A DNA stretch of 64,000 nucleotides from Alphaproteobacteria bacterium. GTDB lineage: Bacteria; Pseudomonadota; Alphaproteobacteria; SPJN01. The stretch is taken from the NCBI GenBank assembly GCA_965229935.1, contig CBDDKB010000002.1:772165-836164 (forward strand), given 5' to 3'. Shown piece by piece: positions 28,660 through 40,278 of this stretch. The notes under the pieces are model-generated. The model was not told where the DNA came from, made no database searches, and was given only the letters and a program-made list of their open reading frames with translations. The first letter of the stretch is position 1. Every line of letters begins with the position of its first letter. A program made the position numbers and the translations under genes.

Positions 28660-30105
28660 TCAGCCTGTGCCGCCCACGGTAATGCCATCAAGGCGCAATG
28701 TGGGCTGGCCAACACCAACCGGGACACCCTGACCCTGCTTGCCGCAAACGCCTATCCCTGTATCAAGTGCCATGTCGTTGCCGATCATGGAAATGCGTTT
28801 CAGCGTATCTGCGCCATTGCCGATCAGGGTTGCGCCCTTTACAGGCGCGCCAAGCTTGCCATTTTCGATCATGTAAGCTTCGGTGCAGCTAAACACGAAT
28901 TTGCCTGATGCAGTTTCAACCTGCCCACCGCCAAAGCTGGTAGCATAGATGCCTGATTTGACGCTTTCCAAAATCGCGCCGGGGTCTTCATTCCCGTTCA
29001 ACATATAGGTGTTGGTCATGCGTGGGATCGGTTGGTGTGCATAAGATTGGCGTCGGCCGTTCCCGGTCGGTTGCGCCCCAGACAGGCGGGCGCTTAGCCG
29101 ATCATGCATAAAGCCTTTCAGCACGCCATCTTCGATTAACACAGTCCGTTCGGTTGGCGTACCTTCATCATCTATGGTTAGCGAGCCGCGCCGATCAGCA
29201 ATCGTGCCATCATCAACAACCGTCACCCCCGGTGCGGCGACCTGCTGGCCTACCAGTGTGGAAAAAACGGATGCGCCCTTGCGGGTTAAATCGCCTTCGA
29301 GCCCGTGGCCGACAGCTTCGTGAAACAGGATGCCGGGCCAGCCTGCGCCCAGCACAACAGTCATTTCACCTGCGGGGGCATCGATTGATTCTAGGTTTAC
29401 GGCGCCGCGCCGGATCGCTTCGTCAGCGCGGGCCTGCCAATAGGCCTCGTCCATAATGGTGTCAAAGCCGATGCGGCCGCCGCCGCCATCGCTGCCGGTT
29501 TCGCGCCGTTCGCCATCTTGCATAACGACTGACACGTTCAAACGGACCAACGGACGAATATCCTGCATCACCCGGCCATCAGCACGCATAATGGCAACCG
29601 CCTGCCATGACCCGGCGAGGGAGCAGGAGACCTGCTTAACCCTTGGGTCTTTAGCGCGGGTATAGGCGTCAATCTCGGCCAACAGGGCGGTTTTTTGTTC
29701 AAACGGAATGGCATTCAGCGGATTGTCTGCCACGTATAGCGATTGGTTGGTGGCGTTCGGTGCCTCAGCCATGGTGCCCGAATGGCCGGACTTGACTGCT
29801 GAAATCGTCGCTACAGCGCGTTTCAAGGCAGATTCTGACAGGTCCGCAGCGTGGGCATAACCTTGTGCCTCGCCCGCAACGGCGCGCAGGCCAAAGCCCT
29901 GATTCGTATCGAAATTGGCGCTTTTTAGCCGCCCATCGTCAAAAACAAGGCTTTCGGATTGGCAATATTCAAGGAATAATTCACCATCATCCGCGCCGCT
30001 CAACCCCTCTTTTACCAGCGATTCTGCTCGTGTTCTGTCCAGACCAGCCTGATCGAAGAACAATGATTCAGCTGAGGAGAGGGGGCTGTTGGCGGTATTA
30101 GACAT
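28660..30105 (-). CDS. tldD: Metalloprotease TldD
   Basis: 481 aa with a TldD-like N-terminus and the conserved HExxxH-like and GxC regions of the family. Confidence 0.9.
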   Translation of the reverse strand: MSNTANSPLSSAESLFFDQAGLDRTRAESLVKEGLSGADDGELFLEYCQSESLVFDDGRLKSANFDTNQGFGLRAVAGEAQGYAHAADLSESALKRAVATISAVKSGHSGTMAEAPNATNQSLYVADNPLNAIPFEQKTALLAEIDAYTRAKDPRVKQVSCSLAGSWQAVAIMRADGRVMQDIRPLVRLNVSVVMQDGERRETGSDGGGGRIGFDTIMDEAYWQARADEAIRRGAVNLESIDAPAGEMTVVLGAGWPGILFHEAVGHGLEGDLTRKGASVFSTLVGQQVAAPGVTVVDDGTIADRRGSLTIDDEGTPTERTVLIEDGVLKGFMHDRLSARLSGAQPTGNGRRQSYAHQPIPRMTNTYMLNGNEDPGAILESVKSGIYATSFGGGQVETASGKFVFSCTEAYMIENGKLGAPVKGATLIGNGADTLKRISMIGNDMALDTGIGVCGKQGQGVPVGVGQPTLRLDGITVGGTG

Positions 30106-30414
30106 ATAGTTTTTGCAATCTCTGGGCGGTTACGAGCGGATTTTGTCAAATATGGGGGGCTTAAAGCGATAGGACAAGCCTTTTACATCATTCAGGTGTA
30201 ACTTGCGGCTTGCTGTCGCCCTAAAAAGGGCTGACTTGAATTGATTGAACCATTATGGTCTTTCACCAACTGACTCGGCGCTTGTGGACGCATGTGGCAA
30301 TGCTTGTAAGTCCATCGGGGCCTTTAGGGATTTCTAACAGGCGGTCGGCCTGTGAACTGTTCGATTGGAATAGTTTGTACACCGACCCCAAGATTTAAGG
30401 GAGCAAGTCGATCT

Positions 30415-31266
30415 ATGCGGCTTAAGCGACTGAATCCGACGACACTGCTAGGTGGCCTGATGGCGCTTTTCGGCAGCGTTCTATTCTCATCTTCAGCTTT
30501 GGCTGATGCGCGCGAGGACTGGGGCCTTGGCTTTTTGGAAGCTGCCTCACCTGTGATGGAACAGATTACTGAATTCCACAATCTGCTGCTGGTCATCATT
30601 GTGGCCATCACATTGCTGGTTCTGTTCCTTCTGCTTTATGTGATGTTCCGTTTCCGCGAAAGCGCAAACCCGGAACCGTCAAAGACATCGCACAATACGC
30701 TGGTCGAAATTATCTGGACCGCCGTGCCGATCTTGATTTTGGTTGTGATTGCGATCCCGTCTTTCCGTCTTCTGTATTATTCGGACACAATTCCCGAAGA
30801 TATTGACATGACCATCAAAGCAACCGGCCATCAATGGTATTGGTCATATGCCTATCCTGATCACGGCAATTTCGAATTTGATTCTCTGATGCTGGAAGAT
30901 GACGAACTGCCAGAAGGTGGTCAGCGTCTGCTTGATGTTGATAATCAGATTGTTGTGCCCGTGAACGCAAAAGTGCGCGTTTTGGTGACAGCAAGCGACG
31001 TGATTCATAACTGGGCAATGCCGGAATTCGGGAACAAGACCGACGCCGTGCCTGGCCGTATCAATGAAACCTGGTTCCAGGCAACACGTACCGGCACATT
31101 CTATGGTCAGTGTTCTGAGCTGTGCGGTATCCGCCATGCCTTCATGCCAATCCGTGTCGACGTTGTGACACAGGAAGAGTTTGATGCATGGGTTGCCCAA
31201 GCCAAGGAAGAATTTGCTAGCGCCGATCGCACCAACTTTAATGTTGCGACCGTAGCTGCTGACTAA
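30415..31266 (+). CDS. coxB: Cytochrome c oxidase subunit II (aa3-type)
   Basis: Signal and two TM helices; CuA site HNWAMPEFG...CSELCGIRHAFM. The start was refined to the ATG at 30415 (SD AAGGGAG). Confidence 0.9.
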   Translation: MRLKRLNPTTLLGGLMALFGSVLFSSSALADAREDWGLGFLEAASPVMEQITEFHNLLLVIIVAITLLVLFLLLYVMFRFRESANPEPSKTSHNTLVEIIWTAVPILILVVIAIPSFRLLYYSDTIPEDIDMTIKATGHQWYWSYAYPDHGNFEFDSLMLEDDELPEGGQRLLDVDNQIVVPVNAKVRVLVTASDVIHNWAMPEFGNKTDAVPGRINETWFQATRTGTFYGQCSELCGIRHAFMPIRVDVVTQEEFDAWVAQAKEEFASADRTNFNVATVAAD

Positions 31267-31315
31267 AAGTTTGAGGATTTGTCCGCTCGCCAACGAGGCG
31301 AATGCGGACAGTTAG

Positions 31316-32908
<1,593 letters not shown>

Positions 32909-32924
32909 GAAAGCGAAATTGAAA

Positions 32925-32951
32925 GACCCGGCAAGCCGCCGGGTCTTTTTC
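32925..32951 (+). terminator. Intrinsic terminator/attenuator between ctaD and ctaB
   Basis: GACCCGGC/GCCGGGTC stem with a 5-nt loop, followed by TTTTT. Confidence 0.5.
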
Positions 32952-32952
32952 T

Positions 32953-33879
32953 ATGGGACGAGTGGACAATATCGTGACGGAACAAGCTGCCATTACAGAA
33001 GAACAGTATGCGGAGGTGCGTGACTTCATGTCATTGCTGAAACCGCGTGTGATGTCGCTTGTGGTGTTCACAGCCCTCATTGGTCTGGTTGCTGCGCCTG
33101 TTGGTGTTCATCCGCTGATCGGCTTTACCGCCGTGTTAGCGATTGCCGTGGGGGCGGGTGCCTCAGGCGCGCTCAACATGTGGTATGACCGCGATATTGA
33201 TGCAGTGATGAGCAGGACCAAGGACCGCCCGATCCCTGCTGGTAAAGTAACGGCAGAACAGGCATTGACCTTTGGCCTGATCCTATCTGGCCTTTCTGTG
33301 CTGGTATTGGGCGTGCTGGTCAATTATGTGGCCGCAGCGTTGCTGGCCTTCACCATTTTCTTTTACGCGGTCGTTTACACAATGTGGCTGAAACGATCGA
33401 CGCCGCAAAACATCGTTATTGGCGGTGCGGCAGGGGCCTTTCCGCCCATGATTGGCTGGGCCGCTGCAACAGGCACGGTTGGGCTGGAATCACTATCCCT
33501 GTTTTTGATCATCTTTCTTTGGACGCCTGCGCATTTCTGGGCGCTGGCGCTTGTGAAGGAGGGCGATTATGGCAAGGTTGGTGTGCCGATGATGCCCAAT
33601 GTGGCTGGGCCTGCCTCAACCAGACGCCAAATTGTGCTTTATACTGTTCTGACATTGATTATTTCGGCCGCTCCCGTTGCATTGGGGTTTGCCGGAATGG
33701 TCTATGGTCTGACCGCAGCGATTGGCGGTGCAATCTTCCTGATTTTGGCGCTGATGGTTTGGCGGGTACGTGAAGGGCAGAACGCCACAAAAGTAGCGAT
33801 GCGTCTGTTCGGATTTTCCATCCTGTATCTATTTGTCCTGTTTGCATCGCTGGGGCTTGAGCATACATTATTGGCCTAA
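32953..33879 (+). CDS. ctaB: Protoheme IX farnesyltransferase (heme O synthase)
   Basis: UbiA superfamily; [14 protein letters not shown] motif and nine TM helices. Confidence 0.9.
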   Translation: MGRVDNIVTEQAAITEEQYAEVRDFMSLLKPRVMSLVVFTALIGLVAAPVGVHPLIGFTAVLAIAVGAGASGALNMWYDRDIDAVMSRTKDRPIPAGKVTAEQALTFGLILSGLSVLVLGVLVNYVAAALLAFTIFFYAVVYTMWLKRSTPQNIVIGGAAGAFPPMIGWAAATGTVGLESLSLFLIIFLWTPAHFWALALVKEGDYGKVGVPMMPNVAGPASTRRQIVLYTVLTLIISAAPVALGFAGMVYGLTAAIGGAIFLILALMVWRVREGQNATKVAMRLFGFSILYLFVLFASLGLEHTLLA

Positions 33880-33899
33880 ATGTACAGGAATTGTTGATT

Positions 33900-34046
33900 A
33901 TGCCTATTACCGAAGAACATAAGAAAAAGCGCAGCGTAAACCTTGCCGTTGGTTTGACCTTGGCAGCTTTGGTTATTTTGTTTTTTGCGGTTACCGTTGT
34001 CCGTATCGGCAACAATGCAGCAGAATCCGGCGTTACGGGTTTTTAA
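33900..34046 (+). CDS. Small (48 aa) single-TM protein between ctaB and ctaG (CoxF-like cox-cluster small ORF); it is not in the supplied ORF track
   Basis: ATG at 33900 and TAA at 34044-34046, read directly. The sequence is MPITEEHKKKRSVNLAVGLTLAALVILFFAVTVVRIGNNAAESGVTGF: a positive N-terminus followed by one TM helix. It fits tightly between ctaB and ctaG. Confidence 0.45.
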   Translation: MPITEEHKKKRSVNLAVGLTLAALVILFFAVTVVRIGNNAAESGVTGF

Positions 34047-34051
34047 CTAGT

Positions 34052-34621
34052 ATGACTGACGCCACACCACATTTTCACGGTACGGATGATGCGGCGGCAA
34101 AGGCCCGTCGGGTGATGCTGATCTGTGTGTCTGTTGTGGTGTTGATGATCGGCGCGGCTTATGCGTCTGTGCCGCTATATGATCTGTTTTGCCGTGTGAC
34201 CGGTTACGGTGGAACCACCAACCAATCTGACACAGAATCGGCAGTAATTTTGGATCGGGATGTCACTGTACGTTTCGATTCGAATGTAGCGCGTGGCCTG
34301 AATTGGAAGTTTGAGGCCCTGCAGGGCCCCCAGCACCTTAAAGTCGGTGAAACTGGTTTGGCCTTTTACCGGGCGACGAACCTGTCAGATCAACCAATTG
34401 TCGGCACGGCGACCTATAATGTGACGCCGCAAAAGGCCGGTGCCTATTTCATGAAAATTGAATGTTTCTGCTTTACAGAACAACGCATCGAACCGGGCCA
34501 AAGCATTGATATGCCTGTAACTTTTTACATTGATCCAGAGATTGTCGACGAAGAGTATCTGGACGATGTGGAAACCTTTACCCTGTCCTATACTTTTTTT
34601 GAGAAAGAGGACGAGGGCTGA
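34052..34621 (+). CDS. ctaG: Cytochrome c oxidase assembly protein CtaG/Cox11
   Basis: Cox11 copper-binding region (FCFTEQ) and an N-terminal TM anchor. Confidence 0.85.
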   Translation: MTDATPHFHGTDDAAAKARRVMLICVSVVVLMIGAAYASVPLYDLFCRVTGYGGTTNQSDTESAVILDRDVTVRFDSNVARGLNWKFEALQGPQHLKVGETGLAFYRATNLSDQPIVGTATYNVTPQKAGAYFMKIECFCFTEQRIEPGQSIDMPVTFYIDPEIVDEEYLDDVETFTLSYTFFEKEDEG

Positions 34622-34792
34622 TCCATTCGCGTCCGTTCATTTGTGGCGAAAGGACGCGCAAAAAGGCCTGATTTTCCAGTGCGGTAAATCTGGCAAAATG
34701 CGGTGCACATGGCTATTGTGACCCGCGAATTACATCATTTGGGCGAATCTCACCTCGCGAGGTTTGCCGTTTCAATTGAGGGGTGAAAACCT

Positions 34793-35590
34793 ATGGCAGA
34801 TAGTCACGCCAAAGCGCACGATTATCATCTCGTTGATCCAAGTCCGTGGCCGTTGCTCGGCTCCGTGTCGGCATTTGTGCTGGCCATCGGCGCGATTGCG
34901 AATTTCAAGGATTGGTCGTTTAGCTGGCTGATGTATGTCGGCTTTGCAATGGTCTTCTACGTCATGTTCGCATGGTGGAAAGACGTGATTTCCGAAGCCA
35001 AGGATGGCGGCTTTCACACGCCTGTTGTTCAGCTTCATCACCGCTATGGCATGATCCTGTTCATTGCATCAGAGGTTATGTTCTTTGTTGCCTGGTTCTG
35101 GGCCTTCTTTGATGCGTCATTGTTCCCGAAGGAACAAATCGGTGGTGTTTGGCCCCCAGTTGGGATTGAAACGTTTGATCCGTGGCATTTGCCCTTGATC
35201 AACACATTGATCTTGCTTTTGTCGGGTACAACGGTCACCGCAGCTCATCATTATTTGATCGAAGGCAATAAGGACCAGACCGTTAAATGGCTGGTTGCAA
35301 CCGTTGCCTTGGGTGTTTTGTTCACCTGCTTCCAAATTTATGAGTATGGCCACGCAACCTTCAACTTCTCTGGTCACATTTACGGCGCCACATTCTTTAT
35401 GGCGACCGGGTTCCATGGTTTCCATGTGCTGGTCGGGACCATCTTCCTGTTTGTCAATCTGGTTCGTGCTATGCGCGGCTCATTCAAGCCTGATCATCAT
35501 TTCGGCTTTGAAGCTGCAGCTTGGTACTGGCACTTTGTTGACGTGGTATGGTTGTTCCTGTTTGCCGCCATTTACATTTGGGGCGGTTGA
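34793..35590 (+). CDS. ctaE: Cytochrome c oxidase subunit III
   Basis: 265 aa, seven TM helices, conserved subunit-III motifs (HHYLIEGN, GFHGFHV). Confidence 0.9.
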   Translation: MADSHAKAHDYHLVDPSPWPLLGSVSAFVLAIGAIANFKDWSFSWLMYVGFAMVFYVMFAWWKDVISEAKDGGFHTPVVQLHHRYGMILFIASEVMFFVAWFWAFFDASLFPKEQIGGVWPPVGIETFDPWHLPLINTLILLLSGTTVTAAHHYLIEGNKDQTVKWLVATVALGVLFTCFQIYEYGHATFNFSGHIYGATFFMATGFHGFHVLVGTIFLFVNLVRAMRGSFKPDHHFGFEAAAWYWHFVDVVWLFLFAAIYIWGG

Positions 35591-35689
35591 TCAGCAGGCG
35601 CTGAATACTAATCAGCCTTTGCCGCATTGAATAGCGCGCCCCGGACCTTAAGATGAGGTTCGGGGCGTTTGCATTTGGAAGAGAATTTT

Positions 35690-36163
35690 ATGTCTGATCG
35701 TGATTTTGTTCCGCAGGACCTTCCTGCCCGTTCATCGACGGGAGAAGACGGCGCGGGCGAGGGCTCTGCAAAGCCTCGCATGGCCTATGCCCCACAATCG
35801 CCATTTTCAACTGGCGTTCGTAGCCGTTGCCCCCGATGTGGTGAGGGCAAGCTTTACAAGGGACTGTTGGAGGTGCGCGAAAGCTGTGATCATTGCGGGC
35901 TGGATTATTCCCAAGTGGATAGCGGCGATGGCCCCGCAGTTTTTGTGATTTTTATATTGGGCGCGGTAACTGTGTTGGGTGCCTTGTTGGTTGATTCACT
36001 ATTCGCGCCGCCATATTGGGCCCATGCGATTATTTGGGCGCCTGTTATTATTGGCGGGTCTATTGGCTTGCTGGCCCCCTTCAAGGGCGTTTTGATAGCC
36101 CTGCAATATCATAATAAGGCGCGCGAAGGCCGCCTTGACACGCAACCGGGCGGTCAGGACTGA
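35690..36163 (+). CDS. DUF983 domain protein (Zn-ribbon CPRCGEG...CDHCG plus two TM helices), typical of cox clusters
   Basis: CxxC...CxxC zinc-ribbon followed by TM helices. The ATG at 35690 has an SD; the ORF-track start at 35669 is a TTG. Confidence 0.7.
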   Translation: MSDRDFVPQDLPARSSTGEDGAGEGSAKPRMAYAPQSPFSTGVRSRCPRCGEGKLYKGLLEVRESCDHCGLDYSQVDSGDGPAVFVIFILGAVTVLGALLVDSLFAPPYWAHAIIWAPVIIGGSIGLLAPFKGVLIALQYHNKAREGRLDTQPGGQD

Positions 36164-36165
36164 TC

Positions 36166-36867
36166 ATGCGCTTCACCTTTCGACCAGGCCTGACTTTGGC
36201 CGCGCTGCCAGTCTTTGTGGTGCTTTGTTTGCTGGGGAACTGGCAGGTTGATCGGTTGGCGTGGAAAGAGACGCTGATCGATACTGTCGAGGCGCGTATT
36301 GACCAGCCACCAGTGCCGCTGCCGGACGCTGCATTACTTGGACAGGAAGCTAACTATTTGCCCGTCACTGTGTCTGGTGAGTTTGATCATAGTCGTGAGA
36401 TTATTCTGACAGGGCGCAGTGTTGAAGGCCAGGGCGGTTATTTGGTGCTGACCCCGCTCAAGACCCAATTGCAGGGCTGGATCTTGGTTGAGCGCGGTTT
36501 TGTGCCGCCGCCATTTAAAGCGGCCTCTTCGCGCGGCGAAGGGCAGGTTGCGGGGCAGATTCAGCTATCGGGCCTTCTGCATAAGCCGCTGGAGCCGGGG
36601 CCGTTCGTCCCCGCCAATATGCCTGATCAGGGTGATTGGTACGCAATCGACATTCCCTCTATGGGGCAGGCAGTGGGGCTTGAACTCTATCCGATGGTGC
36701 TTGTGGCAGATGCGACAGCAACGCCGCCTTTTGGCTGGCCCAAGGCGGGGCAGGCGCGGATAGCGTTTCCCAATAACCATCTTGGCTATGCCATTACATG
36801 GTTCGGCCTGGCCTTTTCCCTGATATGCGTCTGGCTGGCGATGAGCCTCAGCCGCGCAAGAGAGTAA
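36166..36867 (+). CDS. SURF1 family cytochrome oxidase biogenesis protein
   Basis: N- and C-terminal TM helices and the SURF1 GNWQ(V)DRLAWK motif. Confidence 0.8.
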   Translation: MRFTFRPGLTLAALPVFVVLCLLGNWQVDRLAWKETLIDTVEARIDQPPVPLPDAALLGQEANYLPVTVSGEFDHSREIILTGRSVEGQGGYLVLTPLKTQLQGWILVERGFVPPPFKAASSRGEGQVAGQIQLSGLLHKPLEPGPFVPANMPDQGDWYAIDIPSMGQAVGLELYPMVLVADATATPPFGWPKAGQARIAFPNNHLGYAITWFGLAFSLICVWLAMSLSRARE

Positions 36868-36988
36868 GGTTTAGCCTGTCTTTACTTGGGAATAAGAGGT
36901 CTGCTGCGGCACAGATGGGCTTGGCAGCGGGGCAGCTTTCGCGCTATGCCCCTTTAGTATTTTGACTGTTTCGGGAAATTTGCCGCCA

Positions 36989-38389
36989 ATGCGCTATATC
37001 AGCACCAGAGGGGACGCCCCCATTTTGGGGTTTGAGGATGTTTTGCTTAAAGGGCTTGCCAGTGATGGCGGGCTTTATTGGCCTGAAACATTCCCGCAGC
37101 TTACCGAAGATCAGTTGCGCAGCTTTGTTGATCAGCCCTATGTCCAGGTTGCGGCAGAGGTCATGTATCCCTTTGTAGCGGACTGTTATGACCGTTCCGA
37201 ATGGGATGGGTTGGTCAAGGACGCCTATAAGCATTTTGACCATGCAGAAGTTGCCCCCTTGCGCCAGATCGGGGCAGGGGAATGGCTGTTAGAGCTGTTT
37301 CACGGCCCGACCTTGGCCTTTAAAGATGTCGCGATGCAATTGCTGGGGCCCTTGTTTGACCGCGCGCTGGAACGCCGTGACCGCCACGTCACAGTGATCG
37401 GCGCAACCTCTGGCGATACAGGGTCGGCGGCGATTGAAGCGCTGCGCGGACGCGAGCGCGTGTCCGTCGTGATCATGCATCCGCATAACCGTACCTCGGA
37501 CGTGCAGCGTCGTCAGATGACCACGATCCTAGACAGCAACGTGCATAATATCGCCCTTGAGGGAACGTTTGATGATTGTCAGGCGGCGGTGAAGGCAATG
37601 TTCGCCCATGAAAGTTTTGCCGACAAGGTTAGCATGACGGGCGTGAACTCAATCAATTGGGCGCGTGTGATGGCGCAGACGGTCTATTACGTCACCGCTG
37701 CGGTTGCGCTTGGTGCGCCGGACCGCGCTGTTAGCTTCACAGTTCCAACTGGGAACTTTGGCGATATCCTCGCTGGTTATGTGGCAAAGCGGATGGGTGT
37801 GCCGATTGATCGGCTGGTCATCGCGACCAATGAAAATGACATTCTTGCGCGTGCGCTTGAAACTGGGCGTTATGAAAAGGCGGGAGTTGTCGCGACCGAC
37901 AGCCCATCAATGGACATCGAAATCTCAAGCAATTTTGAACGGCTTTTGTTTGAAACAGGTGGGCGTGATGCAGGTGCTATCACGCGCGCCATGTCCAGCC
38001 TCGGCCAGTCCGGCAGCTTTACGATTGAAGAGAAGGCGCTGACAGCAATGCGCGCCGACTTTGACGCGGCCCGTGCAGATCAAAAGGCGATGAGCGCGGC
38101 GATTAAGCAAGTCGCAGGCAGCAGCGCCACCCTGATCGACCCCCACACGGCGGTTGGGATAGCCGCTGGCCGCAGCCTGCCGCACAAAAATGGTGTGCCG
38201 ATGGTTTACCTGTCGACTGCTCATCCGGCTAAATTCCCGGCAGCGGTGAATAGCGCAACCGGACAGACCCCCGACTTGCCGCCTCATATGGCTGATTTGT
38301 TTGAGCGTGAGGAACGCTTCACCGTGTTGGCAAATGATCTTGATGTGCTTGAAAACTTTATCCTGAAATCCGTCGGAGTGGATGGATGA
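36989..38389 (+). CDS. thrC: Threonine synthase
   Basis: MRYISTRG N-terminus and PLP-binding region (FHGPTLAFKD). Confidence 0.9.
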   Translation: MRYISTRGDAPILGFEDVLLKGLASDGGLYWPETFPQLTEDQLRSFVDQPYVQVAAEVMYPFVADCYDRSEWDGLVKDAYKHFDHAEVAPLRQIGAGEWLLELFHGPTLAFKDVAMQLLGPLFDRALERRDRHVTVIGATSGDTGSAAIEALRGRERVSVVIMHPHNRTSDVQRRQMTTILDSNVHNIALEGTFDDCQAAVKAMFAHESFADKVSMTGVNSINWARVMAQTVYYVTAAVALGAPDRAVSFTVPTGNFGDILAGYVAKRMGVPIDRLVIATNENDILARALETGRYEKAGVVATDSPSMDIEISSNFERLLFETGGRDAGAITRAMSSLGQSGSFTIEEKALTAMRADFDAARADQKAMSAAIKQVAGSSATLIDPHTAVGIAAGRSLPHKNGVPMVYLSTAHPAKFPAAVNSATGQTPDLPPHMADLFEREERFTVLANDLDVLENFILKSVGVDG

Positions 38390-39645
38390 GCATCACCACA
38401 TCAACATTACCCAACGGATTGACTGTAGCCACTGACGAGATGGCGGATGTTGCCTCAGTCTCTGTCGGCGTGTGGGTTCATGCGGGCGCGCGCCATGAAA
38501 CCGAAGCACAAAATGGGTTGAGCCATATGCTAGAACATATGGCCTTCAAAGGGACGCAGAAGCGGTCCGCCCTTGATATCGCGAGCGAGGTCGAAGCAGT
38601 GGGCGGGCACCTCAACGCCTATACCGCGCGGGAGCAGACTTGTTATTATGCGCGTATGTTGAAGGATGATTTGCAGCTTGGCGCTGATATACTTGCGGAT
38701 ATCGTGCGCGAGCCTGTGTTTGCCCCTGACGAGCTTGAGCGTGAGCGTGGCGTGATCCTGCAGGAAATTGGGCAGGCCGAAGATACGCCTGACGATATCG
38801 TGTTCGATATGGTGCAGGAGGCTGCCTACAAGGACCAGCCAATGGGCCGGTCAATCTTAGGCACAGCAGAACGGGTCAGCAGCTTTTCCGCGGACGATTG
38901 CGCAATCTATCGCGGCACACATTATGAGCCAGCCTCAATGGTGTTTGCCGCAGCAGGTGCCGTATCCCATCAGGATATGGAAAAGCTTGCCGCCGAATTG
39001 TTTGGCGATATGACCGCGCAATCACGCCCAGAAGAAGTCGCTGCACAATTCAGCCCCTCGCAACTTGTGCGCGCCCGTCCGCTTGAACAGATGCATGTGG
39101 CGCTAACCTTTGACGGGATCGGCCTTGATGATCCTGACTATTATGCGGCGCAGGTTCTGGCGACAGCGCTTGGTGGCGGTATGTCCTCGCGCCTATTTCA
39201 GGAGGTTCGGGAAAAACGCGGATTGGTCTATTCGGTTTATGCCTATGCAAACGGGGCAACTGATTGCGGTCAGTTCGGTATTTATGCCGGGACAGGCCCG
39301 CAACAAACTGCTGAATTGATGGCAGTGTTGGCAGATGAATGCGCAGGTGCGGGGCAAAACCTGTCCGAAGATGATATTGACCGCGCGCGGGCGCAAATGC
39401 GGGCAGGGGTCGTCATGGCGCTTGAATCATCAGCACAACGCGCAGAACAGATGGCGCGGCAATTGCAGCTTTTGGGACGTATTGTGCCAATAGAAGAACA
39501 GCTCGCGGACCTTGAAAAAGTTGATATGGCAGCAATTCAGCGGATCGGAGAGCGTATCTTTAACCAACGACCTGCCGCTGCGTTTGTTGGCCCGGATCAG
39601 GCCATGGCTGCAGCGCAAAATGGACTTGAACGGTTCGCCGCCTAG
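38386..39645 (+). CDS. M16 family zinc peptidase (processing-peptidase-like)
   Basis: Inverted zinc-binding motif HMLEH...E. Its start has an ATGA overlap with the thrC stop. Confidence 0.85.
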   Translation: MSITTSTLPNGLTVATDEMADVASVSVGVWVHAGARHETEAQNGLSHMLEHMAFKGTQKRSALDIASEVEAVGGHLNAYTAREQTCYYARMLKDDLQLGADILADIVREPVFAPDELERERGVILQEIGQAEDTPDDIVFDMVQEAAYKDQPMGRSILGTAERVSSFSADDCAIYRGTHYEPASMVFAAAGAVSHQDMEKLAAELFGDMTAQSRPEEVAAQFSPSQLVRARPLEQMHVALTFDGIGLDDPDYYAAQVLATALGGGMSSRLFQEVREKRGLVYSVYAYANGATDCGQFGIYAGTGPQQTAELMAVLADECAGAGQNLSEDDIDRARAQMRAGVVMALESSAQRAEQMARQLQLLGRIVPIEEQLADLEKVDMAAIQRIGERIFNQRPAAAFVGPDQAMAAAQNGLERFAA

Positions 39646-39676
39646 CAGGCGCGATCGTAGGTTGTCGGGGGGCAGC

Positions 39677-40261
39677 ATGAAACAAAGTCTGCCAAGAAAG
39701 CTGGAGCTGACTGATGACAGGTTGTTGCTGCGCGTACCCCGCAGCGGTGATTTCCTTGAATGGAGTGCCTTGCGATCAAGCAGCCGTGCCTTCCTATCGC
39801 CCTGGGAGCCGACATGGCCCGCCGATGATTTGACGCGCGGAGGCTGGCGTCGTCGGCTTGCCGGGTATGAGCGGGAGCGTCGGGATGGTGCCGCCCTTGC
39901 GCTATTTATTTTTACGCGAGAGGGACTGACCGGGCGGCAGGAGCTTGTCGGCGGGGTGCGCCTATCCAATATCAATTATGGCGTGCAGCAATCTGCCAGC
40001 ATCGGCTATTGGCTGGGGCGAGATTATGTCGGCCAAGGTTATATGAGCAGGGCCGTTGAAATGGTCTGTCGCTTTGGCTTTGACCAGATTGGCCTGCACA
40101 GGATCGAAGCCTGCTGCATTCCTGAAAACACACGATCAGCAGGGGTTTTGCATCGTTGTAGCTTTGAAGAAGAAGGCTTGGCACGCGCCTATCTAAAGAT
40201 CAATGGTACGTGGCAGGATCATATCTTGTTTGCGCGGCTGACGGATGTTGAGGGGCGCTAA
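39677..40261 (+). CDS. GNAT family N-acetyltransferase (RimJ/RimL-like)
   Basis: GNAT acetyl-CoA binding region (IGYWLGRDYVGQGYMSRA). The start was refined to the ATG at 39677, downstream of the M16 stop. Confidence 0.75.
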   Translation: MKQSLPRKLELTDDRLLLRVPRSGDFLEWSALRSSSRAFLSPWEPTWPADDLTRGGWRRRLAGYERERRDGAALALFIFTREGLTGRQELVGGVRLSNINYGVQQSASIGYWLGRDYVGQGYMSRAVEMVCRFGFDQIGLHRIEACCIPENTRSAGVLHRCSFEEEGLARAYLKINGTWQDHILFARLTDVEGR

Positions 40262-40278
40262 CCTTGCCTAGCGGACAG

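Noticed and set aside
30324-30611. 95-aa minus-strand ORF spanning the coxB start and leader
   Set aside because: It overlaps the true coxB N-terminus in antisense. The 310-nt region at 30106-30414 is better interpreted as the cox operon promoter or leader.
34753-34762. Perfect palindrome CCTCGCGAGG in the ctaG-ctaE spacer
   Set aside because: The stem would have no loop and there is no T-run, so it is not a terminator. It may be a protein site, but nothing supports that; I noted it only as a curiosity.
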